Assembly (NCBI GenBank): GCA_037137535.1
Contig: JBAXKC010000058.1
Location: 1 to 11,350, forward strand
Length of the DNA: 11,350 bases
Origin: a bacterium
GTDB lineage: Bacteria; Cyanobacteriota; Vampirovibrionia; Gastranaerophilales; JBAXKC01
Direction: 5' to 3'
Numbering within the stretch: the stretch's first letter is position 1; each line of letters starts with the position of its first letter. Positions 7,925 through 11,350 of the stretch are shown in pieces. The notes under the pieces were generated by a model. That model had not been told where the DNA came from. It saw only the letters and a program-made list of their open reading frames with translations, and searched no databases. The position numbers and the translations under genes were made by a program.

Positions 7925-7990
7925 TTATGATCTCTTGAATCCCCAATAAGATATGATTTTATTGACAAATTCCACTACATGTTCCAACAT
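7925..7990 (-). CDS. Candidate 21-aa amphipathic peptide (MLEHVVEFVNKIISYWGFKRS)
   Basis: ATG-to-TAA frame read by hand; SD-like AGAGGT 8 nt upstream, within the 3' arm of a hairpin. Confidence 0.35.
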   Translation of the reverse strand: MLEHVVEFVNKIISYWGFKRS

Positions 7991-7997
7991 ATTACTG

Positions 7998-8037
7998 AAC
8001 CTCTATTTACAGTTCTGCTAACTCTGTAATAGAGGTT
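7998..8037. promoter_or_regulatory. Inverted repeat/hairpin (RBS-sequestering stem or terminator)
   Basis: AACCTCTAT-T-TACAG, an 11-nt loop, then CTGTA-ATAGAGGTT: 14 pairs with one bulge. Confidence 0.65.
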
Positions 8038-8379
8038 TAATCTATTTCTTAACTTTTTTTAAAACTCAGGAGTTAATTCTAATTTTGTTTTAAATATCAT
8101 AGAAAACTTTGTATAGAATTGTAAAATATTATGCCAATAATGATTTTCATCATTAAATAAATACTTATAATCTATATATATAAATTTCAAAAATGAGTAA
8201 TTGTAAGAATTTCAACCAGATATACAACTGGTTGTACTATTACAGTGGGGCATTGTTAACAATAAAGCTACAATTAAAAGTACTACCCTGTTATGCTCTC
8301 CAACATAATTGTATTTATCAAGACCATATTTAACTCGATAATTATTTTATCAATTATTAAAATAAGGAGGCTGCACCAC

Positions 8380-11109
8380 ATGACGATTATCTATGTAAAC
8401 GGAAATAACTCTAATTCTAAAGCTGATGGTAAAAGTTGGGGCAGTGCATATAGTAATCTAACAGATGCTCTTAAAAATGCACAATCAGGGGATTGTCTAT
8501 GGGTTGAAGCTGGAACATATAAACCTACTAATACAACTGACAGATCAGCTACATTTGAGGTGGATAAATCTGTCAATCTATTTGGAGGCTTTACAGGTAA
8601 CGAAACAGATTTATCACAAAGAGATATCTCTAAAAATATAACTGTACTATCTGGAGATATAGGACAAACAAATGATAATTCAGATAACAGCTATCATGTT
8701 GTTACAGTCGATAAGAATGGCACTGGAGCAAATATTGATGGATTTACAATAAGAGACGGTAATGCTATTCCCGGGAAAAACAGCACAAGTGGAAATACAG
8801 GAGAAACTCCTCCGACAAATATAACACCTGATATAGTCTTCCAGCAGAAGGGAGAAGGTGCTGGAGGAGGTATTTTAAGTTTTCAGGCTGCAGCTGTAGT
8901 AAGTAACTGTACTTTTACAAATAATCAGGCAATTAAAGGTGGGGCTTCTTACAACATGACCTTGGATAAACCTCCCAGCGTACCCGATCCAAGCAATCCG
9001 AGTGCCCCTCCAACCCCAGGCGCAAAACCTGAATTTATAAATTGTGATTTTAATAATAATACAGCTACAGAACGTGGCGGTGCTATGGCCAATGACATGT
9101 TCACAAATACAGTTGTTCTTTCCTCAACTTTTACAAATAATAGTACCAAAGATGGAAAAGGCGGTGCTATATATAATGATTTTTCATCTAGTCCATATAT
9201 TTTAAATTCATTATTTACCGGAAATTCTGCCAAAGGAGGAGGAGCCATTGCCAGTGACGGAGGATCTTCTCCAGTTATAGAACACTCCACTATTACCAAT
9301 AACAAAGCTAACGATTATGGTGCAGCCTTGTATCAAGGATCTGGACCTGCTAACAATCCGGTAATAAAAAATAGTATAATTACAAATAACAAAAGTGATT
9401 CTGGCGCAAATGAAATTTATAACTTCCATAACGATACTCCTGTTATAGAAAATTCAATAGTTCAAGACGAACCTTTATCTAACTCAAACGGAAAAGGTTA
9501 TACTGCTGGAGATAAAAATTATACAGCAGCTAATTTATCAAATATAGTATCAAAATATTCTCAACCTGCTCAACAGCCTCAGACACCACCGCTACCTCCT
9601 CCTCCACCGATGCAAACAGTAGAATCCTCCTCAAAACGTATTGTTTATGTAGATGCGAGCAGTAAAGGAAATACAAATGGTGCCTCATGGGGATCTGCAT
9701 ACAGCGATCTTTCTCTAGCAATTAAAGATGCTAGTAAAGATAATGCACAAATTTGGATTGCAAAAGGAACATATAAGCCTGATGAATCAGCTGGACGTGA
9801 TTCAACTTTTAACTTAAGTCCTAATATGGAGATTTATGGAGGTTTTGCCGGTGGCGAAACTGACTTAGCTCAACGTGATATAAAAAAGAATCAAACGATT
9901 TTATCGGGTGATATTGGTAAAGCCGGTGATAATTCAGATAACAGCTACCATGTTATTACAGGAGCACAAAAAGCAGTAGTGGATGGTATTACGATTAAAG
10001 ACGGAAATGCCAACGGAACTGGCTCTAAGGGGCAAGGCGGCGGAATGATTAACTATGATGCAAGCAGACCACAAGACAATCCTAATAATCCTTTCACATC
10101 AGGTTATTCTGTTAAAGTATCAAATGTAACCTTTCTAAATAATTCAGCTAAAGATGGTGGTGCTGTTTATGATTATGACCGCTCCTCAAATAAATTCAGC
10201 AATTGTACCTTTGATGGAAATAAAGCTGATAATGGCGGGGCTGTTTTAGACCGTGTCGGAGTAGAAAGTAATTTTGACAATTGTACGTTTACAAATAACT
10301 CTTCAACATATCAAGGAGGAGCAACCTACTTTGATTATGGCTCAAAAGCAACTATAACAAGTTCAACCTTTGACGGAAATAAAGCAGGTTCTGATGGAGG
10401 AGCTATCTATAGCACTACTAGAGCATCACAAGTAGGTGATACTGTAGTTAAAGTAAATGACTCAAGTTTTACAAATAATTCAGCCAATGGAACAACTGCT
10501 AAAGGCGGTGCTGCATATTTTAACGACGAGTCTGTTGTAAATCTTACAAATAATTTATTTTCAAACAACAAAGCAAATACAAAAAATCAAGATGTAGCCC
10601 AAACCTTATCCAAAGTTTCCGATGTTTATAATACTTACGCTAAAGATTCTGTTACTGTTACAAACGCAGATAAAACCATAAGTAAGACCTATACGTCAGA
10701 GGATAAAGCAATATGGACAAATAATTATGACCCCAATGGTAAATTACTGACAACTAACTCAGTTGCAGTAAATGGATTAAAAGCCTCCAGCAACTATTAT
10801 GAAGATGGTAAGACCGTAAAAACCACCTATTATACTGGACCGGACGGTGCAAAAACGATCAAATCATTTAATAATGATGGCTCACTTGCATTTACGAGCA
10901 CTTATACTCCTGATGGTAAATTAACAGGCTATACAACTTATGCTAAAGATGGTTCTGAAGCTTCTGACGGATATTATCCCGATGGTAAAACTCTAAAAAT
11001 TTCGTATTATACTGCAAAAGATGGAACAAAAAGGATAAAAACATATAATCCTGATGGCACTATAAAAGATATAGGTTATTATAATGCTAGTGGCAAATTA
11101 ATAGGCTAA
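8380..11109 (+). CDS. Large Pmp-like right-handed beta-helix repeat protein (~909 aa) with C-terminal 59-aa repeats
   Basis: SD TAAGGAGG at 8363-8370 lies 9 nt before ATG 8380 (the ORF track starts at 8293). Many FxxN...GGA(I/V/M) repeats; two copies of the (I/V)YV...GxSWGSAYSxL...W...GTYKP...(F/Y)GGFxGxET module; Pro-rich linkers. Confidence 0.88.
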   Translation: MTIIYVNGNNSNSKADGKSWGSAYSNLTDALKNAQSGDCLWVEAGTYKPTNTTDRSATFEVDKSVNLFGGFTGNETDLSQRDISKNITVLSGDIGQTNDNSDNSYHVVTVDKNGTGANIDGFTIRDGNAIPGKNSTSGNTGETPPTNITPDIVFQQKGEGAGGGILSFQAAAVVSNCTFTNNQAIKGGASYNMTLDKPPSVPDPSNPSAPPTPGAKPEFINCDFNNNTATERGGAMANDMFTNTVVLSSTFTNNSTKDGKGGAIYNDFSSSPYILNSLFTGNSAKGGGAIASDGGSSPVIEHSTITNNKANDYGAALYQGSGPANNPVIKNSIITNNKSDSGANEIYNFHNDTPVIENSIVQDEPLSNSNGKGYTAGDKNYTAANLSNIVSKYSQPAQQPQTPPLPPPPPMQTVESSSKRIVYVDASSKGNTNGASWGSAYSDLSLAIKDASKDNAQIWIAKGTYKPDESAGRDSTFNLSPNMEIYGGFAGGETDLAQRDIKKNQTILSGDIGKAGDNSDNSYHVITGAQKAVVDGITIKDGNANGTGSKGQGGGMINYDASRPQDNPNNPFTSGYSVKVSNVTFLNNSAKDGGAVYDYDRSSNKFSNCTFDGNKADNGGAVLDRVGVESNFDNCTFTNNSSTYQGGATYFDYGSKATITSSTFDGNKAGSDGGAIYSTTRASQVGDTVVKVNDSSFTNNSANGTTAKGGAAYFNDESVVNLTNNLFSNNKANTKNQDVAQTLSKVSDVYNTYAKDSVTVTNADKTISKTYTSEDKAIWTNNYDPNGKLLTTNSVAVNGLKASSNYYEDGKTVKTTYYTGPDGAKTIKSFNNDGSLAFTSTYTPDGKLTGYTTYAKDGSEASDGYYPDGKTLKISYYTAKDGTKRIKTYNPDGTIKDIGYYNASGKLIG
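10681..11106 (+). repeat. About 2.4 copies of a 177-bp (59-aa) coding repeat
   Basis: YDPNGKL, YTPDGKL and YNASGKL start at 10726, 10903 and 11080; YYEDGKTVK and YYPDGKTLK start at 10795 and 10972. Confidence 0.85.
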
Positions 11110-11256
11110 TACAGAATTTTGCATTTAATAATTAAAGTCTTTTAGAATCCTTTTTTATACCGGTTGTTTTTCAATCTACTTTTTATCAAAACTGTATGTG
11201 AGTTTGCCTTTAATTACAAATCTGTAAACATTTTTGTTTAGGCGTTTTATGATTTT

Positions 11257-11349
11257 TTAAATACTGAAACCTACAGTGGAATAAGCTTTATTATAAACAG
11301 GAGTTACGCAAAATTGTTTAAGAGCTAACTCTATTGGATTGTAGCGATG
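11257..11349 (-). CDS. Possible 3' end of a gene entering from the right edge (...HRYNPIELALKQFCVTPVYNKAYSTVGFSI*)
   Basis: Of the three minus-strand frames, this one stays open longest from the window edge (30 codons to TAA at 11257-11259). It is truncated and cannot be identified. Confidence 0.35.
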   Translation of the reverse strand, partial: HRYNPIELALKQFCVTPVYNKAYSTVGFSI

Positions 11350-11350
11350 C

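Noticed and set aside
7962..7993. TTGACA as a plus-strand promoter for an antisense RNA
   Set aside because: Perfect -35, but no acceptable -10 at 16-18 nt spacing (CAACAT at 17).
8240..8310. Possible riboswitch (e.g. c-di-GMP) ahead of the adhesin-like gene
   Set aside because: Could not match the conserved motifs of any known class by eye; an Rfam scan would be needed.
8193..8333. 46-codon plus-strand ORF (MSNCKNF...)
   Set aside because: No RBS and no protein-like pattern; it overlaps the probable regulatory region.
8293..8379. N-terminal extension of the 938-aa ORF
   Set aside because: No RBS at 8293, whereas ATG 8380 has TAAGGAGG and coincides with the start of the conserved module.
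8391..9721. Four minus-strand ORFs within the large gene
   Set aside because: Antisense shadows of the beta-helix CDS.

Overview
AT-rich bacterial chromosomal window from a diderm (LPS-making) organism. The gene set and one repeat-protein family suggest Vampirovibrionia/Melainabacteria, but that is inference only. The left part (1-6150) looks like core genome: a HEXXH zinc-metalloprotease-like gene whose frame extends upstream of the called start, an unannotated 40-aa membrane protein, 3-methyladenine DNA glycosylase (mpg), a translationally coupled lpxI-lpxB pair, an exported repeat protein, an orphan REC-LuxR regulator, and an initiator tRNA-fMet with its terminator. Immediately 3' of the tRNA is an accessory-looking islet with no integrase: a short direct repeat, a possible RelE/BECR-like small protein, a chimeric 356-aa protein, and a 21-codon amphipathic sORF whose ribosome-binding site lies inside a hairpin. 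After that comes a ~909-aa Pmp-like double beta-helix protein with 59-aa C-terminal repeats and no evident secretion signal. No CRISPR array, transposase, integrase or rRNA was seen. The most novel candidates are the hairpin-locked sORF, the 40-aa sORF and the tRNA-anchored islet; none is established as a new system.
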